Both the position numbers and the translations under genes were made by a program. The notes under the pieces were generated by a model. That model made no database searches. It saw nothing but the letters and a program-made list of their open reading frames with translations, and was not told the DNA's origin. Positions 49,078 to 59,349 of a stretch of DNA of 64,000 nucleotides are shown here, piece after piece; the first letter of the stretch is position 1; every line of letters begins with the position of its first letter. Origin of the DNA: an uncultured virus (IMG/VR IMGVR_UViG_3300044641_005543) (lineage: Duplodnaviria; Heunggongvirae; Uroviricota; Caudoviricetes); the IMG/VR virus record IMGVR_UViG_3300044641_005543. The stretch is one strand, 5' to 3'.

Positions 49078-50177
49078 GGTATTAGCTTTTCTATAAATTT
49101 ATATGAAAAAATTTCTTTATCAAATGCTTGTTGTAATTCTTGTTTTTGTGTTAATGATAGATTATATGCTTTACGCATATTAGTTCTTAGCTCATTAATA
49201 GATGGCTCAAGCCATTTCTCGTACATTGTAAAAATATTCTTAATCATAGTATTTGAACATAATACGGGAACTTCTGTACTATTAATCATTAAAGCGTTAG
49301 TAGAATTAAAATATGTATTAGATCCTATATTTTTAGTATTAATAACCACACTGTTGCATAGAGCAGCCTCTATAGAGTTATCGCCAAAGCTATCTGCTCT
49401 AGCAAAATTAATATAACAATCGCAGGATTGATGGAGTCTTATTATATCATTATCAGACAAATATCCACACAACACGTCAACATCTGGATAATGATCATTA
49501 GGTTTTCTAATAATATTTTTAATATTAGACATATCATATTTAACAATATGCTCTAGATCTTCGTTGGTTTTTCTGTGATCATATGTCTTAATAAATAGCT
49601 TTACATTGTCTTGTTTATTAAATTCTAATAAATAAGCCATAATTATACTTTTAATATTTTTTTTCTCAGTATATTGACCTATGGTATAGAATATAAATGG
49701 ATTCTCATGATAACCGAAAAAACCATCCCTTTTATTGCTATATGTTTGTAGATTATATGGTTCTGGTATAATTTTTATTGGGGCTGTTAATCCGCTAGAA
49801 ATTAAACTGTTAGCAGAAAATTGTGAACCTGTCCATACTTCGTCCATCAAATTTAATTTATCTATCCATCCAGAGTGTTTGATATTCAAAGTTTCAATAT
49901 CAGTAATGGCTATATTTTTACCAAAATTACTATTATATTCAATATACTCTGGTAGTATGTGTTGTATTAAAGTGTCATATGTTTTAAATGTATTGACTTC
50001 ATATTCTTTGTATGTATCAGTACTTGTTTGTTTAGCAATTAAATTTTGTGTAACATATATTGGTCTGATAGCTAAATTATATTTTGGATTATTAGATAAA
50101 TACTGTATATATCTTTTACAGGATGCCCCTAGTCCATTGTTATCATAATATTGACCGATATATAAAATATTTTTCAT
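49074..50177 (-). CDS. glycosyltransferase (GT-B, family 4-like)
   Basis: FYTIG...KKN, DCYINFARADSFG...EAA motifs. Confidence 0.8.
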   Translation of the reverse strand: MKNILYIGQYYDNNGLGASCKRYIQYLSNNPKYNLAIRPIYVTQNLIAKQTSTDTYKEYEVNTFKTYDTLIQHILPEYIEYNSNFGKNIAITDIETLNIKHSGWIDKLNLMDEVWTGSQFSANSLISSGLTAPIKIIPEPYNLQTYSNKRDGFFGYHENPFIFYTIGQYTEKKNIKSIIMAYLLEFNKQDNVKLFIKTYDHRKTNEDLEHIVKYDMSNIKNIIRKPNDHYPDVDVLCGYLSDNDIIRLHQSCDCYINFARADSFGDNSIEAALCNSVVINTKNIGSNTYFNSTNALMINSTEVPVLCSNTMIKNIFTMYEKWLEPSINELRTNMRKAYNLSLTQKQELQQAFDKEIFSYKFIEKLIP

Positions 50178-51808
50178 TATTTACTATATCCAATAATATC
50201 TTTAAATGCATCTGGTAAAGAACTCGAACCCGTTACTCTAACAGTTTCTATAGATACTTTATTTTTAGCATATGTTTCCAATATTTTAATATAATTTTCA
50301 ATATTAAAGACAAATTGTTTTGTGCCATTTTGAACAAATCCATCATTAGCACTCCTAATTAGTTCTTCAATAAAATAAGTATTTTTTAGATACGGCTCTT
50401 GAATAATATTATCTATAATATCATATATACAAGTTCTATGATCTGATACTCCACTAATGCTATATGACATATTAATTTGTCTCTGAGGAGCATCCCAAGG
50501 AATCTTTGATGAAACATCTACGCTGTCAAATATGGTTTCAAATGTTTTTGCTGTCTTGTCCCAATGATAATTTTGTAGACATTTTTTTCTACAACCATCG
50601 CCTATTTTATTTAATTCGTTTATTGGCATATTCATATACCGTTCTAATATAGAGTACAGATGATCATTATTTGGATATGATCTTTTAGCATTAGTTTCTT
50701 GCTCTCTAAATACTCTACACACATCAACTAATTCAGCGTTGATATTTTTTCCAACTTCTCCCATAGCCTCGCTATTTATACTAATAATAGGATTTTTGCA
50801 TGCGGCAGCTTCTACAGGAGGAATTCCAAAACCTTCACAAATAGCATATTGAACATATACATCAAATAAATTATATATATCGCACAACTGATCCTCTGAT
50901 ACACTATTTCTTAAACTTGCTATAAATGCACTATTTTGATTACAATGTCTACAAACAGAACGAACACCCTGAAAAACACTAGGAAAAATTTTATGACAAT
51001 TTTTGCATATGTGTGTTAGTAAAACTTTATCTGCTATTTTATACTCTAATAGCAGAGACGGAAGATCCCACATTAATGCATCGGGATAAGATGTGTGCAA
51101 GTATAATAATATATTCTTATCTAAATTGTTGTGTCTTAATTTACTAAATACTTCTAAAATATCAGGAATCAGTTTGCGTTTTTGATTCCTCATTACAGAT
51201 CCAATAACAAATGAATCTGGAGGTATATCGTATTTAATTTTATGAAATCTTTTACTATATCCTATTGGCTTATAAACATTATGATCTACGGCGTCATTAA
51301 CTATTGGACCAAGATTTTGATGAGGATAATGAAATTTATTAAGCAGATCCTGCTTGGCCCATTCGGTATGAAAACATACAAGATCAGCATTACCAAATAG
51401 ATTCAAGGTTTCCAGTTTTTGTGGAGATGAATCGTAGGTTGGTCCTATAATCCAATTATAAAAAGGTCTTAATACTGATGTTTCTTGATATGTAAAATTC
51501 CAAAAGTCTCTGATATCAAAAACAATATGAGGCTTAAAATCTAATAATACCCAATCAAATACTAATTGTCCAAACTGGTTAGCATCATTACCAATATAGT
51601 CTTTATATAATGGATGATTGGTTGGTACGGCCGCCGGATATACTGTCCAAGGTTCTGTTTTTGATACTGAACTATCTCTATAACAAGATAATTCTGCTAT
51701 TTCGTATTTGCCAGTATCATGTAATCTTTGTAGAATATTTTTAGTGTAGTTACCAAATCCAGAAGTAATATGGCTGGATTCTCCACACATAAGTATTCTT
51801 TTTTTCAT
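50177..51808 (-). CDS. glycosyltransferase (GT-B, family 4-like) with zinc-finger insertion
   Basis: SGFG, RNQKRK and EGFGIPPVEAAAC motifs; CKNC...CRHC insertion. Confidence 0.85.
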   Translation of the reverse strand: MKKRILMCGESSHITSGFGNYTKNILQRLHDTGKYEIAELSCYRDSSVSKTEPWTVYPAAVPTNHPLYKDYIGNDANQFGQLVFDWVLLDFKPHIVFDIRDFWNFTYQETSVLRPFYNWIIGPTYDSSPQKLETLNLFGNADLVCFHTEWAKQDLLNKFHYPHQNLGPIVNDAVDHNVYKPIGYSKRFHKIKYDIPPDSFVIGSVMRNQKRKLIPDILEVFSKLRHNNLDKNILLYLHTSYPDALMWDLPSLLLEYKIADKVLLTHICKNCHKIFPSVFQGVRSVCRHCNQNSAFIASLRNSVSEDQLCDIYNLFDVYVQYAICEGFGIPPVEAAACKNPIISINSEAMGEVGKNINAELVDVCRVFREQETNAKRSYPNNDHLYSILERYMNMPINELNKIGDGCRKKCLQNYHWDKTAKTFETIFDSVDVSSKIPWDAPQRQINMSYSISGVSDHRTCIYDIIDNIIQEPYLKNTYFIEELIRSANDGFVQNGTKQFVFNIENYIKILETYAKNKVSIETVRVTGSSSLPDAFKDIIGYSK

Positions 51809-51830
51809 AAAATCTTTCAGAAAATAATAC

Positions 51831-51864
51831 AAAAAATCCCCGCCGTCCTAGCGAGGATCTTTTG
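51831..51864 (-). terminator. intrinsic terminator after ssb
   Basis: ATCCTCGC/GCGGGGAT stem followed by a T-run on the minus strand. Confidence 0.7.
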
Positions 51865-51877
51865 TACTTAGATAATT

Positions 51878-52255
51878 TCAGAATGCAGTAACGACTTCTG
51901 CTGGTTCCTTATCTTTCTTCTTACCATTACCACGATTTAACTTAGCAAAATTATTTACTCTAACCTTTAAAGTAGAGTGCTTTACTCCATCCTTTTCCCA
52001 CGAGTCATTTCGTAAAGATCCTTCAACCATTACAAGATCACCCTTCTTCAGAGTATCGGCAATTGCTTCGGCACCACTGTCCCAAGCCTCACACTGAACA
52101 AAAGTAGTAATTTTATCAGTGTCACCGTTTTGTTTAGTAAACTCTCTAGAAGTTGCTACTGTAAAATTAACAACAGATGTTGACTTGTTGCTAGCATTAA
52201 CAGTTCTGAGTTCCGGATCACGAGCCAAATTTCCACGCAAAATAACAAGATTCAT
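51878..52255 (-). CDS. ssb: single-stranded DNA-binding protein
   Basis: MNLVILRGNLARDPELR...KGDLVMVEGSL; own promoter TTGACA-N16-TACTAT at 52321-52294. Confidence 0.95.
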   Translation of the reverse strand: MNLVILRGNLARDPELRTVNASNKSTSVVNFTVATSREFTKQNGDTDKITTFVQCEAWDSGAEAIADTLKKGDLVMVEGSLRNDSWEKDGVKHSTLKVRVNNFAKLNRGNGKKKDKEPAEVVTAF

Positions 52256-52321
52256 AAATATCTCCTTTTTGAAGTAAAACCAACTCTATAGATATAGTAG
52301 CCACAGACCATGAGGTGTCAA

Positions 52322-53854
52322 CTAGATTTGCCAACACTTCTTTACAAAAATTGAGTCTTTATTTTTTGATTGTTCCAAACTAAACATTACAGTATTCCCT
52401 TCATATAAGATATTTCTTATGTTATCAAATTCTTTTGGAAATACAATAATATCAGCAGAACCTGTTCCATCGCTTATTTTTATAAATGCCATTTCTTGAC
52501 CAGGGTTTTTTCCCTTTTTTGTTTTTACAATATTAATATTAGCTATTTCTGATGCTATTAGAATATTTTTAGGTAACACTCTGTCTCTGTTGAGCCTTTG
52601 ACAGTCACAATTAGCCGCTTCTGTATTTCTGGCGTCTATAATAGAACAGGTAATCGCTATTCCTAATAGTTGTTTTTCAGTATTTGCTATCCATTCATAA
52701 TTATCATCCAAGCTATATGCGGGCGCTTCTAAAGCATTGATCAGTGATAATATAACTTCTTTTCTTCTTTTATTTGTACTATCTTTGACCTTATGTAAAA
52801 TATCAATTAGTGTTGAGTTTAGATCTATATTATTAATAATTATTTCTTTTTCTCTATTGCTCAGATGTGATATTGTGTCTAAGTAAAATAGGATTTTTTT
52901 TCTAGAAATTTTCAAATAATCAAATGCTCCAACAGATATTAAATTTTTAGCTGCTGTTGAATTGATTTTATCCAGAATCCAGAATAATATCTCGTTTAGG
53001 CACATGTTAGATATTTCCAGATTATTGTTTTGGATTATATCCTTAATTTTATTAAATACAGACTCTCCAACACCCTTTATATTTGTAAAACCAAAATAAA
53101 TTATATCATCAATTAATTCAAACTCTTTATTCATTTTGGTGAAATCGGGTCTGTATATTCTAATATTATGTTCAATAGCATTATTTCCAAGATCGTTGAT
53201 TTCTCTCATGGGGTCGATTTTATCTTTTGCGAACCTTAAATAAGATGTAAAAAATTGAAGTGGAAAATGAGCTTTTGCATATGCTGATACATAAGCATTA
53301 AGAGCATAACTAATAGCATGACTCTTATTAAAAGAGTATCTTTGACTTTTTTCTATCCAACTAAATATCTGCTCTGCTTCTGACTCATTAACCATATTAG
53401 TCTCTTTGCTTTTTTGTATAAACAAAGTTTTAATCTTGGCCATTTCTTGCGGATTTTTTTTGCCAATAGCTTTTCTCAACATGTCCGCTTCTGATAAATT
53501 GAAACTAGCAATTTTTTGACAAATTTGCATAGCCTGTTCTTGATAAACCATTTCCCCGAATGTTTCAGACAAAATGGATTCCAAAGACTCATGAAAGTAG
53601 TCGATAGATTCTTTATTATTCTTTTTGTCTATATAATGGTTACTAACAGTTTTACCATCCCTAACGGCTTCTAAGCATCCTGGTCTTAGGATACTAATAA
53701 GAGCAGCTAACTGCTCAATATTTTGTGGTTTCAGTTTTTTGGACATACTTTGTCCAAGTCTGGATTCTAATTGAAAGACACCCTTAGTGTCCCCACTACC
53801 AATAAGATCCCATGTTTTTGGACACGATAGATCAATATTTTCAAAGTCAATCAT
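52322..53854 (-). CDS. dnaE: DNA polymerase III alpha, C-terminal part (fingers, HhH, OB)
   Basis: GDTKGVFQLES, RPG, YQEQ, FNKSH, IKGVG and MAFIKISDGTG motifs. Confidence 0.9.
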   Translation of the reverse strand: MIDFENIDLSCPKTWDLIGSGDTKGVFQLESRLGQSMSKKLKPQNIEQLAALISILRPGCLEAVRDGKTVSNHYIDKKNNKESIDYFHESLESILSETFGEMVYQEQAMQICQKIASFNLSEADMLRKAIGKKNPQEMAKIKTLFIQKSKETNMVNESEAEQIFSWIEKSQRYSFNKSHAISYALNAYVSAYAKAHFPLQFFTSYLRFAKDKIDPMREINDLGNNAIEHNIRIYRPDFTKMNKEFELIDDIIYFGFTNIKGVGESVFNKIKDIIQNNNLEISNMCLNEILFWILDKINSTAAKNLISVGAFDYLKISRKKILFYLDTISHLSNREKEIIINNIDLNSTLIDILHKVKDSTNKRRKEVILSLINALEAPAYSLDDNYEWIANTEKQLLGIAITCSIIDARNTEAANCDCQRLNRDRVLPKNILIASEIANINIVKTKKGKNPGQEMAFIKISDGTGSADIIVFPKEFDNIRNILYEGNTVMFSLEQSKNKDSIFVKKCWQI

Positions 53855-54561
53855 TGAGCTGAATTTAGAAATGAGTCTTTAAATTTTATTTTGGAACCTA
53901 CATTACGATGTAGTCGTAAAAATCTAATTAAAATATTTGCACAGTCCTTAACATCTTTTGTTGCATCATGAGCATTAGTTTTGTCTATACCTAAATAGTC
54001 TCTTAGATTATCTAGTGCTAATGATTTAATATCTGATATGTTTTCAAACCATAACCAACTAACAGCCATTAAATCTATTTGATCTCTTGGATGAAATAAG
54101 TCGGTATTATTTTCTTTATTTGTATTATTGTATTTCTGGCTTAAACGATTGATAATTTTCATATCAAATCTAATAATATTATAGCCACAAGCTATAGGAG
54201 CAGAAAACTGACTTTTGGATTTTCTAATATTAGTGTGGTAATTGTCCAAATAATTAACAAATTGATTCCAACTATATTTTTGTTCTGGATATTTTACCCA
54301 AGAATCAAATATATTCTCTTTGGTAGTATTTTTAATTTTAGCATGCCACTCTAATATATCACTATCATTATAGAGACTGATATCAGGAGTCTTTGTATTT
54401 TCTATTCTTTCTGGCCTTAGAAATACATTAAACTCTGAATCTTTTATAATTTCTAATCTGTGAGTATCTACAATTACAGCAGATAGCTGAACAGGACTAC
54501 ATACCGACGGATCAGAACCATCGGTTTCAAAATCGAACACACAAATATTATTAGTTATCAC
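53851..54561 (-). CDS. DEDDh 3'-5' exonuclease (epsilon-like proofreader)
   Basis: DFET, YNIIRFD and AHDATKD motifs. Confidence 0.85.
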   Translation of the reverse strand: MITNNICVFDFETDGSDPSVCSPVQLSAVIVDTHRLEIIKDSEFNVFLRPERIENTKTPDISLYNDSDILEWHAKIKNTTKENIFDSWVKYPEQKYSWNQFVNYLDNYHTNIRKSKSQFSAPIACGYNIIRFDMKIINRLSQKYNNTNKENNTDLFHPRDQIDLMAVSWLWFENISDIKSLALDNLRDYLGIDKTNAHDATKDVKDCANILIRFLRLHRNVGSKIKFKDSFLNSAQ

Positions 54562-54730
54562 TATTGATTTTCTCTACTTCTTCAATTGGCTTGATCATTA
54601 CTTTTTGGTTATTGCTGAGATTAACAGCATTTAAAGTTTTGCAACATGATACTTTTTTGGGTTCGGTTTTAGTATATGTTGTATTTTTATATGTAAACTG
54701 ATCTCCAACTGATAATTCTGAAAATTTCAT
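54551..54730 (-). CDS. small hypothetical protein (59 aa, MKFSELSVGDQF...)
   Basis: ATGA overlap with the dnaE-N stop; fills the intergenic gap. Confidence 0.65.
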   Translation of the reverse strand: MKFSELSVGDQFTYKNTTYTKTEPKKVSCCKTLNAVNLSNNQKVMIKPIEEVEKINSDN

Positions 54731-56601
54731 TTTTTATAACTCCCTATTAATTGATTCACAAACATAATTTTGTCTAGCAATGCTATGCCTAGAATATCAA
54801 ACTTTATTACTCCTAAACCGTCCAAATCATTCATTTCTAAACCAGCAATATTTTGATTGGTTTTAGTATCAAAGATCATTGGACAAATTGAACCTAAAGG
54901 TTTAGCGGATATTGCCACTCCAGCAGCGTGTTTTGACTGATGAAATTTGGTTCCCTCCATTCTAATAGCTTGTTCAAACCTTTTGGCAAGTGGACCATTT
55001 AATTGTCCGTTTTCGTCAATTTGACACCATTCTTTAAATTTGTCTGGATCGTTCTCTAAAGCCCACTTTATAATAGACGCCGATCCTTCTTCTTCTTTAA
55101 TTTCTTGTAATTCGTCAGCTATTTTAGCCTCGTCAGGAATATGTTTAGTAATATTATTCATCTCTTCAAAAGATATATTATCATGTACCCTTAAGACTTC
55201 TTTTAAAGCCCCTCGTCCTTTGAGAGTATTAAATGTAATCATTTGAGATACTTTATCATGACCATATTTGTCTTTAATGTATTGAATAATAGTATCTCTT
55301 TGATTAATAGGAACGTCAACGTCAATATCTGGCATGGAGACTCTAGTTTTGGTATTACGACCAGCATTATAAAATCTTTCAAATAATAAATTATACTTTA
55401 TAGGATCAATATTTGTAATACCTATTAAGTATGATACCAAGCAACCAGCAGCACTACCTCTACCCGGCCCAGGAATCCACCCTTTAGACCTCACAAATTC
55501 CAATATGTCTCGTACTATTAAAAAGTAGCTGGACAAACCCGCCGTTTCTAATACCTCTAGTTCGTACTTGATTCTGTCTATATATATTTGTTGATCGTTT
55601 TTATCAATTTTTTTGTCTATTTTTTGCTTCCATCCGTCACGGCATAATTGTCTTAAATATTCTGATTCATTTTTGAATTCTTTGGGAAATATAAAATTGG
55701 GCAAAATATGTTGACCAAGAGGGGAAAATGCTTCACACGCCGAATCTATCAAAAAAGTATTTTCTATCTCTTCTGTATCATAAAGCTGAGACACCGTATC
55801 ATTATCTAATATATGGTATTTATCAGAATTAAAAAAATGATTAAATCCAGTATCGATATTAGATAAAATCTTTTTAGATATTTCTGGTAGTGTCGTTTTG
55901 AGAGAACTGCACAATACTATTCTCTGGTCAACATGGTCATCATTATTACAGTAGTAACTATCTATACCAGCAATACGCCTCCAATTTTCTTGTTTGCATA
56001 GTAATCGGAATTCTTCCATAACATTTAATTGATTATAATAGTCATTAAATAATTGTATCTCTATAAACACATTTTCTTCACCAAAAATACTATTCAATTG
56101 CTCAATATGATGTTTTGCTATATTTTCCCAATCTAATTTCAATTGATTATCAGAGGTTGTATTCTTCCACAAAGAAGATCCATAATATCCAGTAATACAT
56201 ATTAAAGAATCATTATCTACTAATTTTTGTAGATTTTCTAAATCTATTCTTGGTTTTTTGTGAAAAAATTGTTCCGAGTTAGTTTGTGATACTATATTAA
56301 TCAGGCTTTGCCATCCCTTTAGATTTTTACATAAGATAGTAATCTTTGACAAAGATTCGTTTTCAGTATTTTTTATAGAAGCATCATGATCAGTAATAAA
56401 AATTTCACAACCTAAAATTGGTTTAATATTATTTGCTGTCATTTCTTTATAAAAAGCTATGGCTCCTGAGATATTGCCACTATCTGTTAAGGCGCAACTT
56501 TTTATACCAAGAGACAAGCATCTATCAGATATATCTTTAGGTTTAGATAAGCCTAATTGTAAACTATAATGAGAATGAACGTGTAATGGAATATATGACA
56601 T
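54727..56601 (-). CDS. dnaE: DNA polymerase III alpha, N-terminal part (PHP, palm, thumb)
   Basis: LHVHSHYS, GPGRGSAAG, FERF, PDIDVD, HAAG and KFDILG motifs. Confidence 0.92.
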   Translation of the reverse strand: MSYIPLHVHSHYSLQLGLSKPKDISDRCLSLGIKSCALTDSGNISGAIAFYKEMTANNIKPILGCEIFITDHDASIKNTENESLSKITILCKNLKGWQSLINIVSQTNSEQFFHKKPRIDLENLQKLVDNDSLICITGYYGSSLWKNTTSDNQLKLDWENIAKHHIEQLNSIFGEENVFIEIQLFNDYYNQLNVMEEFRLLCKQENWRRIAGIDSYYCNNDDHVDQRIVLCSSLKTTLPEISKKILSNIDTGFNHFFNSDKYHILDNDTVSQLYDTEEIENTFLIDSACEAFSPLGQHILPNFIFPKEFKNESEYLRQLCRDGWKQKIDKKIDKNDQQIYIDRIKYELEVLETAGLSSYFLIVRDILEFVRSKGWIPGPGRGSAAGCLVSYLIGITNIDPIKYNLLFERFYNAGRNTKTRVSMPDIDVDVPINQRDTIIQYIKDKYGHDKVSQMITFNTLKGRGALKEVLRVHDNISFEEMNNITKHIPDEAKIADELQEIKEEEGSASIIKWALENDPDKFKEWCQIDENGQLNGPLAKRFEQAIRMEGTKFHQSKHAAGVAISAKPLGSICPMIFDTKTNQNIAGLEMNDLDGLGVIKFDILGIALLDKIMFVNQLIGSYKK

Positions 56602-57638
56602 TATTCACCAGGAGCTTTATAAAATCCAAAAGTGTGATTTGGGTGTTTATAGTATTTTATCACAGAATCGATTCCTTGCAACTGTACATCATGAGCAATT
56701 TGTTCACATTTACACATTGTTTGTCCTTTTGGAGTAGACTCTCCATCCCTATATTCTTCTAATGGATAAATATTAGTATTTTCAAATGTGGTTTTGCCAA
56801 AATGGCATAACTTTTTACACATCCAGCTTTTATTAAGATATGGTCGTTTCACGGCTTTAATTTTATCAAACTTATCTCTTAGCATTTGTTCAGTTTTTAT
56901 TAGATCTGATTTTTGGAAACACATAGAAAACGGCCCGCCATCATTTATAAAATTGATTGTAATCATAATATTGTCTATATTAGGATATAGATGGCTTACA
57001 GCATAATGATATATTCTTAGTTGTGGATCATTTTCGAGACATTCTTGTGTTTTTTCTTTTCCTGTCGCCCAGTTTAATCTTCTTCCTGTTTTCCAATCTA
57101 TAATTTCAAAAAAATTATCATCAATTTGTGTGATTAAATCTATCGTGCCTTTTAAGGCTAAATTTCCTTCTAGTACTCCATCTTCAGTATCATATGAATA
57201 TTTTGCCCAAGGCTTATCTATGATAAAATCAAAATGTTGTTCTGGACAAATTATATTCCGATTGCGAGGATCAAACATACCATTATTAAATTCTAATGTT
57301 TTATTAACCCACTTTAAGCAATCTTCCTTATCTTTATCTTTCCATTGATGATGACTATTATTTTTTGTGTAATGGTTATATACGATATCAAATATATCTG
57401 ATATACTATAATTATTAATATTAATTATTCCAGCAATATCATCAGTAAAAAGAGTATTTTTATTTTGTTCTGTTTGTTTAATAAATGCTAGTATTTCTAG
57501 TACTTTATGTACTATGGTTCCCTTATCTGCTTTTTGATTTGATGGACCTCTCCACCCAAGCACATACTCTATAAAGTATTGCTGCTCACATAAGCTATGA
57601 GTATTGAATGACGAGCTACGAAAATATGTTATTATAAT
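56601..57638 (-). CDS. Cas4/RecB-like PD-(D/E)XK exonuclease (start non-canonical or frameshift-fused)
   Basis: RSSS...C..QY N-terminus upstream of the track start; GTIVH, GTIDL, IIDWKTG, QLRIY motifs; C-terminal Cys cluster. Confidence 0.8.
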   Translation of the reverse strand: MIITYFRSSSFNTHSLCEQQYFIEYVLGWRGPSNQKADKGTIVHKVLEILAFIKQTEQNKNTLFTDDIAGIININNYSISDIFDIVYNHYTKNNSHHQWKDKDKEDCLKWVNKTLEFNNGMFDPRNRNIICPEQHFDFIIDKPWAKYSYDTEDGVLEGNLALKGTIDLITQIDDNFFEIIDWKTGRRLNWATGKEKTQECLENDPQLRIYHYAVSHLYPNIDNIMITINFINDGGPFSMCFQKSDLIKTEQMLRDKFDKIKAVKRPYLNKSWMCKKLCHFGKTTFENTNIYPLEEYRDGESTPKGQTMCKCEQIAHDVQLQGIDSVIKYYKHPNHTFGFYKAPGE

Positions 57639-58228
57639 TGTAATAACCCTTTCTTTTTTAGAAAAGTGAGTATAGCATAATTTTTATCTGATACAGATAA
57701 ATTGTGGTTATAGACAACCAAGTCAAAATTTTTATGGTTATAGTTTGTTTGGTCTAATGCTGTTTCACTATCATGGTCAGAGTTGTGTGGATTAAGCATA
57801 AGCTTGATAACAATGCCACCAGCCTTTTTAACGGCTTCAACCTCATTAGGAAATCGACAATCTGCAATAATAGCTAATTTAGGATTTTCTGTCTTAATCT
57901 TATTAATAGTGGCTTCGGCCCAGATATTTGGTTTCATTTTTCTAAAAATATCGGTACCGACAAACTGCATCACCTCTCTGGCGGTCATTTGTTTTCCGTC
58001 CCATTGCAAATCTGTGATTTGATTTTTAAAATTATCATCGCCATAACATTGTTCGTGTGATAATCCTAAAATTTTCATACAAATATCATTTTTTAACGGA
58101 TCGGCAAAGTTATATATTTTAATTCCTGTACTATTACCAACAACTTTATCATAAAAGTCAAGAATCATTTCTGATGATGATGTTTTACCGGATTGTTTTC
58201 TTCCGGCAAAAGCAATTATCTGTGTCAT
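57632..58228 (-). CDS. deoxynucleoside monophosphate kinase
   Basis: GRKQSGK, FADPLK, REVMQFVGT, DCRFPNE and HDSE motifs. Confidence 0.88.
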   Translation of the reverse strand: MTQIIAFAGRKQSGKTSSSEMILDFYDKVVGNSTGIKIYNFADPLKNDICMKILGLSHEQCYGDDNFKNQITDLQWDGKQMTAREVMQFVGTDIFRKMKPNIWAEATINKIKTENPKLAIIADCRFPNEVEAVKKAGGIVIKLMLNPHNSDHDSETALDQTNYNHKNFDLVVYNHNLSVSDKNYAILTFLKKKGLLQL

Positions 58229-59349
58229 AAAAATACCTTTATTTCTTTTTCTATTTCTGTGGATGTCATTTCGGCTATATCATTTTTTGATATGGTAATA
58301 TTTTTAATATTGTATGTTTTATGGCATTTATCATGAATTAATTTAGCTGCTTTAATACCAGCATCATCATTATCCATAATAGTAATTATAGTCATTGCGC
58401 CACTCATATCCAAAATAGTTTTCTGTCTATCTGTTAGATTTGAGCCGAATAATGCCACACTGTTATGGATATTATTTTCTTCAAGTTTCCATACATTACC
58501 AGGACTTTCTACCAGTATAACAGTGCTTGAATTCATTATATATTTTTTAGCATACCAGTAATTGTATAAATGGTCTTGAGTTTTAAAGCCAAAATTATGT
58601 CTCCATTTACTGTGTTTCCAACTGTTTTCTTCATCTGGACATTCACCATCATGATAAGATTTACATTGGGTGCATTTTTCAAAAATACTACGTCCTGTAC
58701 ACCCTACCATAAATTTATGATCAATATCGTATACAGGTACCACAGCCCTGTTAAACATTTCTTTATTGGCATTCAAACAATCGCCAACATCATATTTATC
58801 TAGTATGTTTTTAGCAAAATTTCTTGATAAGAAATATTCACTAGGAACACGTAAATGATTCCTAATATCTTGTCGTAGAATACCCTGTTTATTATTAATG
58901 GTAGTTTTTTGAAGAAGTTTAACATTGTTTACAAAAGTATTCTTGTCTTTTGTATTTTTATTGATTTTAATATCATCAAGAGATACATTTAGAAAATTTG
59001 TAGCATAATCCAGAGCCTCTTTAAACGAACAGCCCTCGTCGCCATCTTTAGACCAATTATGATTTCTGTTAGATAATATTCCACGAATAAAACCAATAAT
59101 CGATCCCTTAAACGTTTCCTCACAGTGATGTGTGCGACACTTCCAATTGCCCCTATAAAAATCTCCTACATGATACAAATTTAATGCGCTATTATTGTCA
59201 CCGCCATGTATGGGACAACTCATGGAGATAAATTTACCATTAGTCTTAAATTCGAGATTAAAATGTTCTAATAAATCTTCTATACGATCACATAATTTAT
59301 CGCAAATAATTTTAATTTTATTTTGATCAAATGAAGTCGATTTTTTCAT
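58225..59349 (-). CDS. dnaG: DNA primase (zinc finger plus TOPRIM)
   Basis: CPIH...C...C zinc finger; LVES; MDNDDAG. Confidence 0.85.
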   Translation of the reverse strand: MKKSTSFDQNKIKIICDKLCDRIEDLLEHFNLEFKTNGKFISMSCPIHGGDNNSALNLYHVGDFYRGNWKCRTHHCEETFKGSIIGFIRGILSNRNHNWSKDGDEGCSFKEALDYATNFLNVSLDDIKINKNTKDKNTFVNNVKLLQKTTINNKQGILRQDIRNHLRVPSEYFLSRNFAKNILDKYDVGDCLNANKEMFNRAVVPVYDIDHKFMVGCTGRSIFEKCTQCKSYHDGECPDEENSWKHSKWRHNFGFKTQDHLYNYWYAKKYIMNSSTVILVESPGNVWKLEENNIHNSVALFGSNLTDRQKTILDMSGAMTIITIMDNDDAGIKAAKLIHDKCHKTYNIKNITISKNDIAEMTSTEIEKEIKVFL

